The notes under the pieces: model-generated | The model's database searches: none | The model's input: the letters and a program-made list of their open reading frames with translations, nothing else | Told to the model about the DNA's origin: nothing | Assembly (NCBI GenBank): GCA_010405405.1 | Contig: MU004232.1 | Location: forward strand, 1,631,481-1,695,480 | From: Microthyrium microscopicum | Lineage: Eukaryota | Reading direction: 5' to 3' | Length of the DNA stretch: 64,000 bases | In this document: positions 35,607-50,600 of the stretch, one piece after another | How positions within the stretch are numbered: position 1 is the stretch's first letter | How the letters are laid out: every line of letters begins with the position of its first letter | Program-made: the position numbers and the translations under genes

Positions 35607-37240
35607 CGATGACTTGGCTGAGGTTGTGGGGAAGCGGGAGGCTCTGGAAGTGCTGCTTTAGGGTATGGTTTGGCTAATTCTTTAGACTCAATTTATTTCC
35701 TTGGCTTTTATGAGAGGGTTCTTGTGACTTTTTGGCCACTATGCGCGTTGGGCGGTGGTATTGGCAAGAGTTGAGAGTTGAGGAGATTCGTGCACGGACC
35801 ATGAAATACTCTGATTACCAAAAATGGAGTTGACGATGATTTCTATGGTGTTTTCCAACTTCATGAGTTCAAATTTATGCCCAGTGCCCGTTTCAGTCTC
35901 CAAACTCGTCTTCATATGAAACTTCGATCCGTTGAAGGGTAGCGCCAATGGCCTGGACCGATCAAGCGGCAATTTTCTACCACAGAACCTTTTGCAAGAG
36001 AACAAAATGTCGTACTTGCTCATGATTTGTCCAAACCTCAATGCACTCATTGGTAATTCACACACTTGACAGGATGAAGTGGGGATTTGCAAGCATTGCC
36101 GTCTATCAAGACATGCCGCCCAGGTATTGTGTCGCATAATTTCATATCTTTGCAACGTGTGTTTGCTCTAGTGTTTGCGGCGCCTTCGAATATGCTGATC
36201 GTGTCACATGAGACTCTCGAGCTGAACTCCAGCCTACAGGAAGACTGTAGACAAATGATAGGTACGGCGCTTTAGTAGCCCGGAAGCTTCTGCTGTCAGG
36301 TCTATCGATTGCATCTGCTGACTTCGTACAACTTGGCGTTTACACTATAGCTAGCTCCTACTTCCTACCGCTTCCGCCGTAAGCTTTTGATAAAATGGAG
36401 CCAGACCAAGGCGTGGAGCATGTACTGTTTGTTGGTAGCATACACAGTCGATTATAGCAAGAAGTTGTCGAAACATATCGCAGTGATCTTGAGTGATGTA
36501 ACTTGCTGCAGGCATATCGACCATGCATCAAGGTGTAAAGTGCCGTCTCTTCCCCCTTATACGATATATATCAGCTTCAAGATGTATGCATCTCTTTCAT
36601 TTAGAGTATATAATTAGCCTGTCTCTTTCACCGCTCCAGAAATCGCAGTGAGGGTGGCCTTTACCGGACACTGACATTTCTTCATCCTCGTCCCCTACGA
36701 ATCAAAGGCATATTTGTACTCGTCTTTCGCGGATAGATGTGTAGACCGTTCTTCTAGGAGATAACACTTAAAAAGCCGAGTAGCCAATTCCCAAGCTCGC
36801 AGAGACGCCATCGGTTTGTGTTGATTCCACCTCAATTTCCATATGGCAGCCTATAACACCTCAAATAAACGCCATGGAGAAGTGACTCCTGAGCCCCTGG
36901 AAAAAGTGACTGTTGCTTGGTCCATGCCAACTTCGCGAAGAAGTGACATGGGCATCACCTTTATGGTTTCTCGGCATGTTATCGTTTTTTTCAAGGCTGG
37001 AGTTTGTTTACGTTCCTCAAACTTCTCTCCCACCTGTTCCCATCCTTGATTCCCAAATTCTTGCTCCAGCTTCAACTCTCTCATAACAACTCTTGAATCT
37101 GTTCATCATAAACAATTCCTCTTGCTCAGAATATCATCCTCTCGTACCAAAACAGAGACCGTCAACTCATCCTCATCTTCTGTTGTTTAATCATCTCATA
37201 TTACGCCTCTTCGCACTACCTATTCGAGGTTCAGCTCAGA

Positions 37241-39348
37241 ATGGGTAACGGTTTGCGTGATGGATTGGCGCTGGCCGCTTTTGGAAGCGCGATAGTCCTC
37301 ACTGATCCAATACTCTCGTCTGCAACCAAGAGACTCGCCTCGCGCGTGTTTGGTGCTATCTCAGACTCGATCAGCCCTCGATTCAAATCCTGGATCAAAG
37401 GAGCAGAGTCTCTGCCAGTGGTCGTAGAGCCACCATCTCCTACACCAATTCCAGAGTCCTCCGCGACAACGCTGGAACCTAGACAAGAACTCGAAGTCGA
37501 CAGCAATGCCACTACTGGCGATATCGCGGACAATGAACCTGCACCTGTCACCGCAATTAGAGTGGCAGATCAAGCGAATGTTGTTCCCTATATCCCAGTC
37601 GATGTATATGCAGGCCCCGACGAGGAGTTATTCGAGACCTTCCAGCACAAGATTGATGAACTTGCTCTTCAGGCCTTCCCGGAATCCGATGGCGCTCCCA
37701 TCATTCGGGAGATGCTTGGTGGTGCGTACAATCGGGTAGCTTCCATTGGGATCCATAAAGTCTGGACTCCCAAATTCTGCAAATCTAGCAAGCTCGAACC
37801 TATAATGTACCAAGTAAGTTAGCACAATGGCACCATAACGATACCTCCACATGTTCATCATAGGCTAACAAACTTCAGGTCTCCAAAGCTGTGATTGGAC
37901 CTAGACTCGAAGAATACGTTCTGCGTCTGCCTCGACAGCCTTGCCACGAAACTGAGCTGCAGAAAGAATTGGTGCAACTCGAACTTGCACGCAGCATTTA
38001 CTCTTTACCAGTTCCCACCGTTGTCAAGGCTGACGTTACAACCAATAACCCGGTCCAGCAGCAATATTTGCTGATGCCCAAGATTCCAGGACGTCAGCTG
38101 GAGACTGCCTGGATAGACCTCAGCCACGCGCAACGCGTCAAAGTGGCTACCGATATAGGCAATCATCTTCGAGAGATGATGAGACGTACTTTCTCCCGCG
38201 GTGGTGTACTTCGTCCAGACTCTTTTCCCAACAACTATACGGGAGACGGAGCTTTGATATATGATGATTGGTGGGGATACAAGATACGCACGACTCGGAA
38301 GGTTCTTCTTCAGGTGCAAAGTCCGTTCGTCGACGGAAAGAAACTACCAATCCTCGACAACGATCTGACAGCCGTAATGCCCCCGCTCATCGCGAAGCCG
38401 CGTGCTCTCATCGACACTCTACTGTATCGCATCGAGATACTCAACCGTTGTTTCCTCGTCCCCCCACGTCTGCTGTTGATGGTCAAGGAGATGCTTTGCG
38501 AGATCCATGATCGCACCGAGCTCTTCAACACCAACTATTATCTGTTCGCTCACGGGGACTTCTACCCTCGTAACCTTCTAGAGAAGGACGGCGAGATCAC
38601 CGCTGTGATCGATTGGGACTTGGCCAAGTTTGAGGCTCCGGTTGAAGCTTGCCGCACTCCAACATGGCTCTGGATGTGGCAGCGATACCGAATGCGGAAC
38701 AACGATGGGCCCGAGTCTCAGTGGGAGCGGTACCTCGATACGTGTTCGTGGTACACCCCAAATACGGACGAGGAGCTTGAAATCAAGCATGCGTTCGAAA
38801 AGGCTGTTGGAACCCAGTTCCTCTATTTTGCCAATCATAAAGAGACGAATCTTGCACGGAAGATTATTGAGTGGATCAACATCCCTCATATGATAGAAAA
38901 TCCTGATGTTCAGGGTGAGATTGAGCGGGAGCACCGAAAGTGGCAGGAAATGGCTGCACTTCGATGGTTCTATGCTGGGTTTAATTATGATGCAGAAGCA
39001 GAACTGGCCGAAATGATGAAGGTCCAACGGGAGGAAAGACAAATGGAGTGGCAGCAAATGTCGGAGGAGGACCAAATGAAGGCATTTCAGATGGTGCAAG
39101 GCCAAATGGAGGAGACATACATGGACCGGGCCCAAATGATGGAAGCTGGAATGGACGAGGCCACAATGGTGCAGGCTCAAATGGAGGCGGCCCAAATGAA
39201 GGAGACTCAGATGGAGGAGACACTTTTGGAGGCGGTGGAACTGGACTTTACACAACTGGTATTCGGACGGTTTGAGCCGGTATTTGTGGGAGCTTCCGTA
39301 GAGGATGCCGAAATGGATGAAGCAGATTGGGAAGATGTAGATGTCTAA
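37241..39348 (+). CDS. Aminoglycoside-phosphotransferase (APH)-like kinase with acidic Q/M/E repeat tail
   Basis: GGAYNRV, YVLRLPR, LPVPTVV, YLLMPKIPGRQL, HGDFYPRNLL, VIDWD. Intron 37814-37878. Confidence 0.85.
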
Positions 39349-39884
39349 GCATCCAGTCAAAGTCGAAAGGCGACGGAGACAAGGAAACTACTGCAGCATT
39401 TATAGAGCGAACTTGAAGGGTTTTCGCAAAACATCATGGATTTTTAATCAGTCATTTACATTTTGAATATCAGATACTATACTTACTATATACCTCCTCC
39501 CTGCGGTGATCCAATGTCACAGTTGAGAATCTCTTCGCTCCCAACGTATCCTTCAAAGACAGGGCGGCTTGAACATACGGCTTGTAGAGTAGCCGCACTG
39601 CTGCTTGTTAATGTTTATGGCAAGCGCCGGCATCCTACCGCAAAGGTCCAGCTGATGTAGGTGACCAGCAGAATGCGACGAATCTCGCACCGAACAGCGG
39701 GGCTCGATGATGGCGGTTGCACCACTTACACTGCTCCCTACTACCAATAAATGCAGCCTATATGTCAGTTTGTATCGTTTGGTGAACAACTTAGTATGTA
39801 AATTCTTGGACCTGATCGCTTTGTACGAGAACTGCCTTGTACGATTACAAATAATGCATTTCTATGAGGCTACAAGTGATGTAT

Positions 39885-42752
39885 CTACTCTTCCCAATCC
39901 GGATTCTATGATTCGTTAGCTTCAATCGTTTCGGAATGTTAAACAATGACATACCTTTTTCAATATTACCACGCCCTCCAGCGTATGCGCCACGCTCAAA
40001 TACTTTTCATCTTCCAACTCAGCTCGCTCTCCATACGACAGCAACACTGGCGTGCTCTGTGTCTGCCAGCCCGTAATGGTCTTTGGCCGACCGGCTTGAC
40101 CGACCACGTCAACAGCAGTACCAACACGCACATTGAGACTGAGAGGCTCGAGGTTCTCATCAAGCGTCACCAACCAGCGTGGCTGGGCGGACATGGCGAG
40201 GAGATAGAATAGGTAGTGGGCGTCTTTGAGCACAAAGTCGCGCGCATCTATGAGTGCGACCATGATAGTGAGAAGACCCGCGGCAGAGACACGTGACAGG
40301 ACTGAACGGTCAGTGTGGAAGGGATTGACTGTCAGTGTGCCTTTGCCCATGTGCAACAAGCCTTGCGCCATACGGACCATAAACAGCGCATTGGCGTCGC
40401 GGTGATAGTAGCTGGCAAGTTGACGAAGGAGTTGAGCGAGACGAGCATTGTTTGTTCCGGCGCCGAGTATGCCCATGGCAAAGATGGCGTTGATGGCCAC
40501 GTCAATATCATTGTCGTGAGAGTAACGGGAAAGTGTGTCGTAAATCTTCATCTGTGGATAGCTTGGGGAGACGAGGGCCATTGCTAACGGAACGACCTTG
40601 CGGATGTTCGGCTCTCCATAGTGCATCAAATGGCCGAACTGTCGTAAAATCATGTCTTGGCCGATGTCCTCGCCCATGGCTACGAGAGCTAGACCAAGCA
40701 CTGCATATGATTGGCAAAGCTTTTCTCCTTCCACTTCTTCCTCGCTGGGCTTGCTAGCATCCTTGTCTTCTTCTTCCGCATCGGAATCCTTTGAAGTTAC
40801 GTGTTCATTACACATGTGTAAAAGTTCTTGAATTTTGAGAACCGCACCAGTACCAGCCCAAGCGCAGACTTCTGCAATCACTTGGGAAGCTTTTGACACT
40901 GGATGGTCGACGACCTTGAGGGCCTCAAGAACAACTTCGACCTCTTCTTGTCGACCAAAACATAAGAGTCCGATGGCAAGAGTCATAAAACGAGTCCATT
41001 TATCTTTGAGCTGGCTCGCACGATCGTCATCCATAAATGTCTGAATGATTGCTGATAGAACATCTCCTTGTGCTGTTCCTACAAAGACCAAACCAAGTGA
41101 TAGAGCAGCCATGGCTGAAAGCTTCATGTCAATACCAGTGTCCTGAACTATGGGAAGAAGAACGTCGAGAAGAGTATCCTTATTGGAGCCAGCGTACGCC
41201 AGACCAAGACCCATGATAGATGCCATCCGGATATTGGGGTTTTTGTGGTTGAGGTTGGTAGAGTCGCCAAGTAAAGCAAGAGTCGGGTCAATATCGTTAC
41301 GCACACCCGAATTCATGATACCCATAGCGAGCAAAGCACCAGCTTTAATATACTCCTCGTCGACGTCAGTGTATGGATCAATCTTGTCCAAGCCCTCGTC
41401 AATGTTCCATTGAAGGAGCATACCAAGGGAAGCTGCAGTTGACATCATGCCCTCGTCCTTGGTTTTCCAAACCCAACTGCTCTTATTCTCGGACACAAGC
41501 ATAAGCTTGTCATTTGAGAAACCCAAGTTGACGAAAGCATTGACGAAAGCGCTGGCAAGGTTGTGGCGGGCAGAGTCGGTGTTGGTGAGACCCATTGTTC
41601 TCGAGCTCTCCAGATGTGTTTTGTATATGTCTTCTGGTGTCTTGGGGTCTGTTATGCTGAGCTCCTTGGCAAGGTTGTTTCGGTAGTATTCGTGTATCCA
41701 GGTGTTGTTGATGCAATGTGCAAGCTCAGGATCTTCTTCCGTCTCCTCGTCTATCGAGTCTAGGGTAATCTTTTGTCGACCAAGAATGAAAGCCATTTGA
41801 CGTTTTGTAGACTTGTCCACATCTGCCGCAAAGAGTTGCTCAATTTTCTCAATGTCATTCAATCGAATGGCAAGAACAAGAGCTTGAGTATATTGCTTAT
41901 ACTGCTTGTAGATATTATATGCCGTTTGAAGGAAGTTGTCATTGTCCGGGTAGGCCAGTAGGGGAACCATGCTGACCATGTACAGGCAGACTCTCGAATA
42001 GGTATTTTCATCTAGAAATTTGGGGATCTTACTGATCATATCCAGATCGCTAATCAAATCCACAGCGTCAGCCTCAGCGTTGTGCTTAAGAAAGAATGGC
42101 ACAAGCGACAGGGCCAGCTCTTCCAGCTCGTCTGTGCTCTTGTCCTCGTCTAATCGTTGATTGAACTCAGCACCGATCTCCAGAGCAAGATGTCTCATGT
42201 ATTCGTGGCCCCAGGATCCGAGGTCGTCCGAAGGGTAGTACAGACGGTACTTGAGTGTGTCTCGTCTATCACCTTCGGAGTAGGTCATGCCAAGAACCGA
42301 GAGCATATCCGCCATTGAGTTCTTTACATTATTAGCGAATACTCTGATATCGTGAGAAAGGAATATACCTTATCATCGCCTTCAGGCCATGAGTCGAAAG
42401 CTTTCGTCAAATTGTCATAGTGCGGTCTCAAGAATTTCAAAGGTTTGGGCACCGCGGTCATGGAGGATGTGGAGGTCTTGATGGATTCCTTGATAGCATC
42501 CAAAGATGACTTGTAGAGGCTCTTGTCGTCCTCTAGCAGCCGCTCAGCTAACATGTCCAAGTCATCCTTGAGCTTTTGGTCCTCTTCGTTAAGCTCTTCT
42601 TCAGCGCCTATCTTTGTTTCATCCTTGTCCTTCTCATCGGACTTTGAGGCATCTTCGCCATCAGTTGCCTTGCCCTTGCCTTTGTCGACGGCCTTATCTT
42701 CGGGCTTTGCTGCAGATGTAGGTTTCGATGTTGACTTGTCCTTGTCAGACAT
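39885..42752 (-). CDS. RPN1: 26S proteasome regulatory subunit Rpn1
   Basis: [22 protein letters not shown] repeats, [24 protein letters not shown]. Introns 42322-42368 and 39906-39954; last exon NPDWEE*. Confidence 0.97.
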
Positions 42753-43141
42753 TATGGAAGGTTGCAGAAGGTAGGAGATGAGGCGACGGAGGGGATCAAC
42801 AGAGAGGTCGGACGTATGATGGGAGGCGCAGGTATACGGGCGAGATTCAAATCAACTAGAGTTCAAAAGTGAGAGTTTGAGGAAAAGAGATTGCTTGAAT
42901 GGAATGTGTTGTGTATGAGGTGGAGGGTGAGAAATGTAATGGATGAGGCAGGTAACTACGGAGCTGCGCGTCGCTTTCCGCACGATGGATGGCAGTGGTG
43001 GTGGTTAGAAAGCAGAAGCTTAGACCATGTCCCCAGCAACCATCTTATCTAATCTGCTACTCGTGGCAATATCAGATCAGCTACACCAAGAAAAAAGTTC
43101 GAAATTCTATCCCAGCATCCGAATTTAGCATTTCGCCCATC

Positions 43142-44631
43142 ATGAAATTAGACGCCAAAAATATCCGATACCTTACAGCAGAAGACTGGCGCGTCCTCAC
43201 AGCGGTCCGTAAAAATTCTAAATCCTTTGCAACGGCTCTAACTCACCCCAGGTCGAACAAGGCTCACGCAACCATGAAGTCGTGCCCACCCAACTAATAG
43301 GCAACATCTCCGGCATAGCCCACCGGACAGGCGTACACAAGAATATCGCCTCCCTCGCCAAAATGAATCTCGTCTCTCGTGTCAAGAACGCGCGCTATGA
43401 CGGCTACCGACTAACCTACGGCGGCCTCGACTATCTCGCACTGCACTCACATCTGAAAGCTGACGCCGTCTACAGCGTTGGCAACCAGATTGGCGTGGGC
43501 AAAGAAGCCGATATCTTCGTCGTTGCCGCACCACCCACTGGCGGCGCAGATGCGAGCGCTTCAGCGATTGGTAATGCGCATAAGCTTGTCCTCAAGATCC
43601 ATCGGCTGGGCCGCATCAGTTTTCGCTCGGTCAAGACGAATCGTGATTATCTCAGAAAGAAATCGTCCGGGAGCTGGATGTACATGTCCCGGCTGGCAGC
43701 ACATAAGGAGTTTTCTTTTCTGCAGGCGCTTTATCAAGCTGATTTTCCGGTGCCACGACCTGTGGGCTGGAATCGACATACAGTGGTAATGGATCTGATA
43801 GATGCGATGCCATTGAGGCAGATTTCAGAAGTACCGGATCCTGCAGGATTGTACTCTCAGCTTATAGAACTGATACTGCGATTTGCAGCTGTCGGCCTGA
43901 TACACGGCGATTTCAATGAGTTCAACATTCTAATTGAGGAGCACGAGGTTCCAGCCAGTGAAGACGTCGAGGAAAGCATTCTGCTGCATCCTGTGGTCAT
44001 CGATTTCCCTCAAGCTATATCCATCGACCATGCGAATGCGGAATTCTACTTCAATCGCGATGTTCAATGTATCAAACGATTCTTTCAACGGAGGTTTGGC
44101 TTCACGAGCGATGAAGAAGGTCCATTTTTCGAAGATGCTGCCAAGGAGGCGGGGTTACCTGGTGGACGCAGACTGGATGTAGAGGTAGAAGCCAGTGGCT
44201 TCAGCAGGAAGATGGCCAAGGAGCTTGCTGCATACATGAAAGAGGTGGGCGCAGTAGGTGACAGTGGCGCTGCAGTGTTCGACCCAGCAGCCAGCGTCGT
44301 AGGAGAGGACGAGACAGAGGTATACGCAGAGGAAGACGATCTAGACGCAATAGAGCTTGAAGGTGGCGACGTCGAAGAACAGCCTGAAGTGGTCGAGGGC
44401 GCCGAGTCTGGTGAGACCGGCGAGCCTGAATCCCTTCCCAAGCTCACAGAAGCCGCAGATTCCTTCGAGCCACTATCAATACCAGAGCTAGAACCCGCTC
44501 TAGCAGCCGTCACACTGGACGATATCCGTGGACACCCGCCTATACACGGGGCCCCATCTGTAGCTGGAACAGCGCGATCGAGACGACCTCCCGCTAACCC
44601 GGTCAAGGTCGCAAAGGGATGGGCGATATAG
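43142..44631 (+). CDS. RIO2: RIO2 atypical kinase
   Basis: MKLD..RYL..EDWRVLTA|VEQGSRNHEVVP, YDGYRLTYGGLDYLAL, IGVGKEADI, IHGDFNEFN, IDFPQ. Intron 43205-43251. Confidence 0.97.
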
Positions 44632-45696
44632 CTCGTGATATAGCTGCCATAGGATGAGAATGATACCCAGCAGTTTTGATGCCACCACATTAGATCTAAT
44701 GTGCAACGTATAATGTGCATTTTTCAGCTGCCATGTCATATCAAGCGACGATATTCCGTGGCTAGAGCCCTTTTCAGCCTAAAATGACAAGCTGTCACTT
44801 CGTCTGAGCGACAGATTTTGATTCTTGCATCTGGTATGTCCTCAAATCGCATGTTGCATGGTGATACAGCCGCAACGCAATGACTGTGCAGTACCTTGAA
44901 GGAGCCAATAAGTGGTTGCATGGGCAGAAGGAGGAGTCCATGCGATTCAGATTGGAGACTGCGACATGGCAACTGAATCCTCGATGGAGCAGTCGTTAGG
45001 AGATCCTTTGGTATCCCTCAAGAACCGCTTTGTCAGGCAATTCGGATGAACTCCTGCCAGTCCATTCGAAAGCCCATCTACCAGCCTCTCAACAGAGGAG
45101 GCAAGAAGATGAGGTGGTAGATCACAAGATGGCAGACAGCAGATTTAGAGTACAGACAAAAACTTTTATTAGCTAATTGATGCGATGCTAGCGTATATTT
45201 TTAAAAGCAGAACAAAACACCCTCATTTTTCATTACCACATCTCTCGTCAGTGTGTTCCATCATCCTCAATCCCCAGATTTTTCAGTGTTTTTTTTCGTG
45301 TTTTCGATTTTCGGTGGTGTGAAAGAAGGGCAAACGGGAGGCCATGGATAAGAGATGTGCCTCCCAGAGACAACAGAAAGCTTACGGATTAAGAGGACAT
45401 GTAGTCCGGTGCCAGAAGAAGAATAACCGGATGCCAGAACAGTGGCAGCCATGTGGTGTTGTATGGTACAATCGAGATTTGGGAGTCCAGAAAAGAGTGA
45501 CAAGACGCCTTGAACTCCTGTGCTTGCTTGCCTGTGGTGAAGAAACAATTGACAAGAAACAATGTTGTTGATAAACATTGGGAAAAGAAAGTGAAAGAAG
45601 AAACACCTTTCAAAGTTGCGTCGAAAGTTAACGGTACAAACCCGATAAGCTACGACAGTGACGATGTGGTGTAAAATGTAGAAAGACGCCAACAGA

Positions 45697-47687
45697 TTAC
45701 TCGGTTTTGGCTGGAGAGATCTTGTGGACCGAGTTCGAATTGCCAGAGCCAGGAGAGGATGCTCGAGTCTCGGAGACAAGTGCAGCTCCATCATCGGCGG
45801 TGCTACCAGGAGTGGCAGGAGAATGAACATTGTCGGCTTTGAAGCTGTTCTCGCTCTTGATGGTTGGGAGACCAGCGTGCTGGTAGGTGATCGGACGGCG
45901 CATAGGAGCCATCATGGCTTGCTGAGGCATGTATCCCCTGTTGTCAAGATTAGAAAATGAAGGCTGGAATGTTTGAGGAACGAACTTACTGCTGCATATA
46001 GGCTTCAAACTCATTGCCCAAGGGCGCCATTGAGGTTGGAGAAGCAATTGACTGCATGCGCTCAGCAGACTGAGGTGGCAAGATACCAGCACGAAGAGCT
46101 TGAGAACAGCCATACTCGAACTCCGCAGCGCGGAAGGAGCGTGCCGCAGCGGTCTGCTGCTTGAGTGATTTTTGCTCATGAGTGTCGGAGTAGCGAATCT
46201 GAATGGTATGCTCCTCGCCGCCTGGCTTAGCAACCACGGTGTTGTTATAGTCGTTGATCACCTGCTCGCAAACATCGCGAGACTCGAAACTTGAAGCCGT
46301 TAGCATGAAATCCCAAGATTCCATGAGAAAAAAAAAGGAAACTCACCGAGCAAATCCAACACCACGACCATTGCCGCGGTCATCGCGAAGAATACGGGAA
46401 GAAAGAACCTTGTATGGACCAAAGACATTGGACAACTCATGCTCGTTGAAGTTGCGAGGAATATTCGAAACATAGAGGTTAGTGTTAGTCTCATCGGCGA
46501 ATTTCTTGAGCTTCGAATAGAAGGATTCCTGTTCAGGTTAGCCAGCGAATTAAAGAATAATAAAAGATAACGAAGCTATAACTTACCCGAGCAAAGCTCA
46601 CTTCATAGCCAAGGTGATGGAATCCGCGAATGCACTCCTCAGCATCATCAAAGTTGTGGTACTTGATAAAGCCGAATCTGAAAATAGTTAGCTGCCGCGT
46701 GAAAGAAAAAAAGAATGAGACTCACCCTTTGCAAGTGCCGGTCTTGTGGTCGATGATGGACTTGGAAGACTGAATGTCGCCGAAGCGCTTGCCCCAACCT
46801 TGAAGCATCTCATCAGTAGTCTCGGGAAGGAGACCACGAATGTAGACATTAGTCTCACCATTCTTGTTCTCCAAGCAGCGATCCAGAGGCTTCACTGGTG
46901 AGGATGGCGCTGGAATGGCAGAGGGGATTGGAGGTTCCATCTTGAGCAGAGACTGAATCTTGTCGCTGATGGGAGCAATGGCGTAAGGCTTGCCCATGTA
47001 GCCTGGCATGTATTGGCTAGGCGAAGGAGTGGTGCTGTTAGCATAGCCGCCGTTCATTGGAGAGCGATCCATGACAGCAAAGTTGTTCGGGTAGCCAGGA
47101 TACTGAACATATGGAGTGCCAGGCATATGGTCCTCAGCGGTTGATCCAAAAGATCCACGACGCGGAGTGGTTAGTGGTGGCATAGTCGTATGAGTGGCAT
47201 CAGATGGCACTCGAGATCCCCAATTGGACGAGACTGTGCCTTGCTGGACATAGCCAGCAGCATAGCCCGAAGCAGGCATGAAAGGAGGACCCATCTGTCC
47301 GTAGACGCTACCAGGGCCGACAGATGAAGCTGGAGTCAAGTTGGGACCATAGTTCATGGACTGAGAACCTTGCATGACTGGCATGGGAGACATTGACATA
47401 CCGCCATACTGCTGCTGCTCCGAGTACGCTGGAACATGTGAGCCAACGCGTTGAGAGTTTGAGACACTCATGCTACCGAATGCTTGGTTCATGGAATTCA
47501 TGTTGTCAGCTTGATAGTGGGAGCGCGGCTCTTGAGCGTGACCATGAGGAGTCGGATGACCATAAGAGCCACCATGGTAAGTAGCGGACGCAGAGCGACG
47601 CTGGTTGGAATAATCGGGAGCACCGTTGTAGCCAGCCATATTTGGGTTCTGGCGATGCATGTTAGAAAGCTGTCGAGAGAGATGCAT
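45697..47687 (-). CDS. Two-RRM RNA-binding protein (MSSP/RBMS, S. pombe Spo5-like) with low-complexity N-terminus
   Basis: TNVYIRGL..CKG|FGF, TNLYVSNIP..RGVGFAR|F..IQIRYSDT. Introns 46678-46725, 46529-46586, 46290-46346, 45938-45989. Confidence 0.88.
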
Positions 47688-50600
47688 AGTGGGATGTTTG
47701 GGCTAGCCAAAAAGAGAGGGAAATGCTAATAGAGGTGATGGATACGGGAGTAAAGCGAAAGGAGCCTTGAATCAAAGCAGCAGAAGCAGGTAAGCCAAAT
47801 GTAGGAAAAGGATGAAGGAGGATGAAGATGAAGCAAAGCGAGGGAAGAAAAGGTTTTGTTGATGTGTAGAGTGTTGGTGGTGAAAATTCTGAAGCGGAGA
47901 AATGTTTTTCAGGATAATAGAGAGTTTCCAGTGACTGTCAACACAACAATAGAAGCGTTTGGAATGGGGAAAGAGGCATTGAGAATCAATAGTGTGATTG
48001 AGACCAATTGGGAAGGAACGGGTTGAGGCACTGGGTAGTGGTTGCCGTTTTTGTCCGCCACAGTGAGGTTTGGGCAAAGTGGCCGACAATAGACGAAATG
48101 CCCCAACCAGAACAGAGAACAGCCTCTTGGAACAAGATGAAAAGGTGAGTGAGTTGTGAGGGGGTGGCACGATGCCAGTTCAGAGGTCTAGGGAAGACTT
48201 GAGAAGCGAGTGGCTGCTGTCCGGGAGGCTTCTGGCGGGAGGTGGCGGCCTTACCGGTACAGAGTATTGGTATCGAAGGATGAATTGAGGATTGGCCTGT
48301 TCTGCCAGGGTACTGTTAGTATCAAGTGTATGAATTGGTGGCATGGGACTGTAGTGAAGCCAGTATGAGCTGGCCATGCTTGGGTTGTGGCTTCACCAAG
48401 TCCGACGCAATGCTGCACTTACAGATAGGACAATTTCGCCGAGTATGCACAGCAAAGGCAGAGAATAACCTGATCAAGAGTTAGTCGACAATTTACTTCG
48501 GGTTTTCGAGCATGACTGACTGGTCTGAGTGGAACAGCTGCAAGAATGGATGAGTTGTGTGGAGAGATGATGTTGAAAAGTAGAGAAAACGAGTAGTTGG
48601 TGAGAAAAAGGAATCTTGGAGGATGAGATGCCCTTCAAACTGTAGGATATTGCCTGATCGTCGGCTAAATGTTCTGGCAAGAGTATCAGATCAGCCTCGA
48701 GTGTTGTTGTAAAGCGCTCGTGAGTATACATGGAAGGTACGAAATAGTTGCTCATCGCTCCATCCTGAACCTCTGAACGGATACTTGAGCAGGACAGCAA
48801 CAACAGAGACGCTCACTCTGGAGCAATAAGTTTGAAAATGAAGGAACTGAAAAGGATGTCATCGGTCCAAGTAACAGAGATGAAAATTATCATGACAACG
48901 CCTAAATGGCGGGCTGAAAGACAGACAATTCCTGCTTCATCAGATCTGAAGGTTCATGATGGCAAAAGGAGGATCAACCTTGCTGCCAATTCTCTTCCTC
49001 GTTCTTGCCATTTCGTCGCTCTTCCCCCTTCATTATGTAAGAACACCTCGCAATCTGAGTCAGTCACGAGGCGTGAGGTGTTTGAAGAAAAGAAGATTTG
49101 GAAAATGCAATGAATAATGGCAGTAACCTCACTTCCGGCAGTGTGCCATATATGATGTAACGAAGCAACTGATAGATATCGCAACTTGAACGAAAGGAAA
49201 CAACTACCATACCGCGCAGAAATTGTGAGTCGTACCTTGATAGAAATGTCTGTTCTAGGAAGTCCTATTGTTGATCGTGGAGTATGTATGGATGATAAGG
49301 TCTAGAATAGATTTGGTGGCAAAGTACGATGTTGGGTGACAGATAAAGCTAGGAAGGTCGTAGAATTGCTGCTGAAGGTAATATAATGCTGGAGGAAAAG
49401 CTGATAGATAACAATGTCACGAACCGAAGAGACTCTGCCTTGCTTGACCTCAGTCCAATTCCAGGCAAGTTGATAGACTGGCGGATAGTAGCGACGGGAA
49501 AGCAACGCTCTGCTCAAAAGGAAGAGCAGGAAGGAGGAAAAGGGTAAAGACTTTCTCAACTGGCATCCACGTCTCCCGCGCGGTGTTATAGGATCAGGTA
49601 CAACACAACAGGCAGGAAACCGCACGCAGCCATGAGCGATTCGGCAAGCAGAATGCCAGATTGAGAAATATAGAGAAGGGCCTTTTTGGGACCTGCACGG
49701 AGCTAGTTGTGATGCTCCAGGCCCTTGTTCTGCTGCGTGTTCTACTCTTTTGACTGAAGGAGCGGCGAAAATGAGTGTGAAGTAGTGGTTGCACAAAGTC
49801 TTCCAGCCCATGGCAGTGCGGCGTTTGCAATCGTCCTGCCGGCAGTCCATGCCTACCAGTTCATTCTTGGCTTCATGAACGCCTCTGAGCGCGAGGGGAA
49901 CCAAAAAGAGTATTTGTCTGGCCTTGAACTGCGACACCATGGCGTTCTCCTTTGTCTATTCGAGTCCTGTTTACAGAAGTGGACAGTGTTTTTGACCTCC
50001 ACGCCTACCAAGTCAGCCATGCGGTGCAGAGACTGTCTTTCGATAGCAGAATCTGTCCTGCATTGCATCTAGCATATTTCATGTGGCTTTTGTCTTTTCT
50101 AGCGTCTTCTTGCGCAGCTTCTAGTCAAAAGCACTGCAAGACGAATCTGATTCCATGCATAAAAGTATGCTGCAAGCCTCACATGCGTCTAGTTCATCCA
50201 ATCCTTTGACTGCCCACCGTGGCCGCGTTATCTAACTTCCCCGACATCGACACTTACCGCCTCTTGAGAACGCAAACGGTTCCCGCCAGTGCATTACCGA
50301 AATCAGGCCCAAAGCCCAGAGCCCTACAACCAACGCCGAACAACGGCCAACCTTGCGTCAAAAGCCTCTCGGAGCGGTCCGACGCATATGGCAAGGATTT
50401 GGATCCCACGAAAGACGCCAGAACCGGTACGTGGATAGCTCTGTGGGCAGAGGGGTACGCAAAAGGCAAGTTGACATCTCCGGTGATGCGAGTGTACGAA
50501 TTCGACGGGTACCAGAGACCGAGCTTTGAAAGAGAGGCGATACAATCCAATAGCATTGACGACATGCAGCCATGTGTGATGGCCTGGTGAGAGAACCAAG

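Noticed and set aside
38578..39360. 260-aa His/Leu-rich minus-strand ORF
   Set aside because: Antisense to the kinase repeat tail.
50219..50590. 123-aa ORF
   Set aside because: GTG start, no recognisable motif or splice support.
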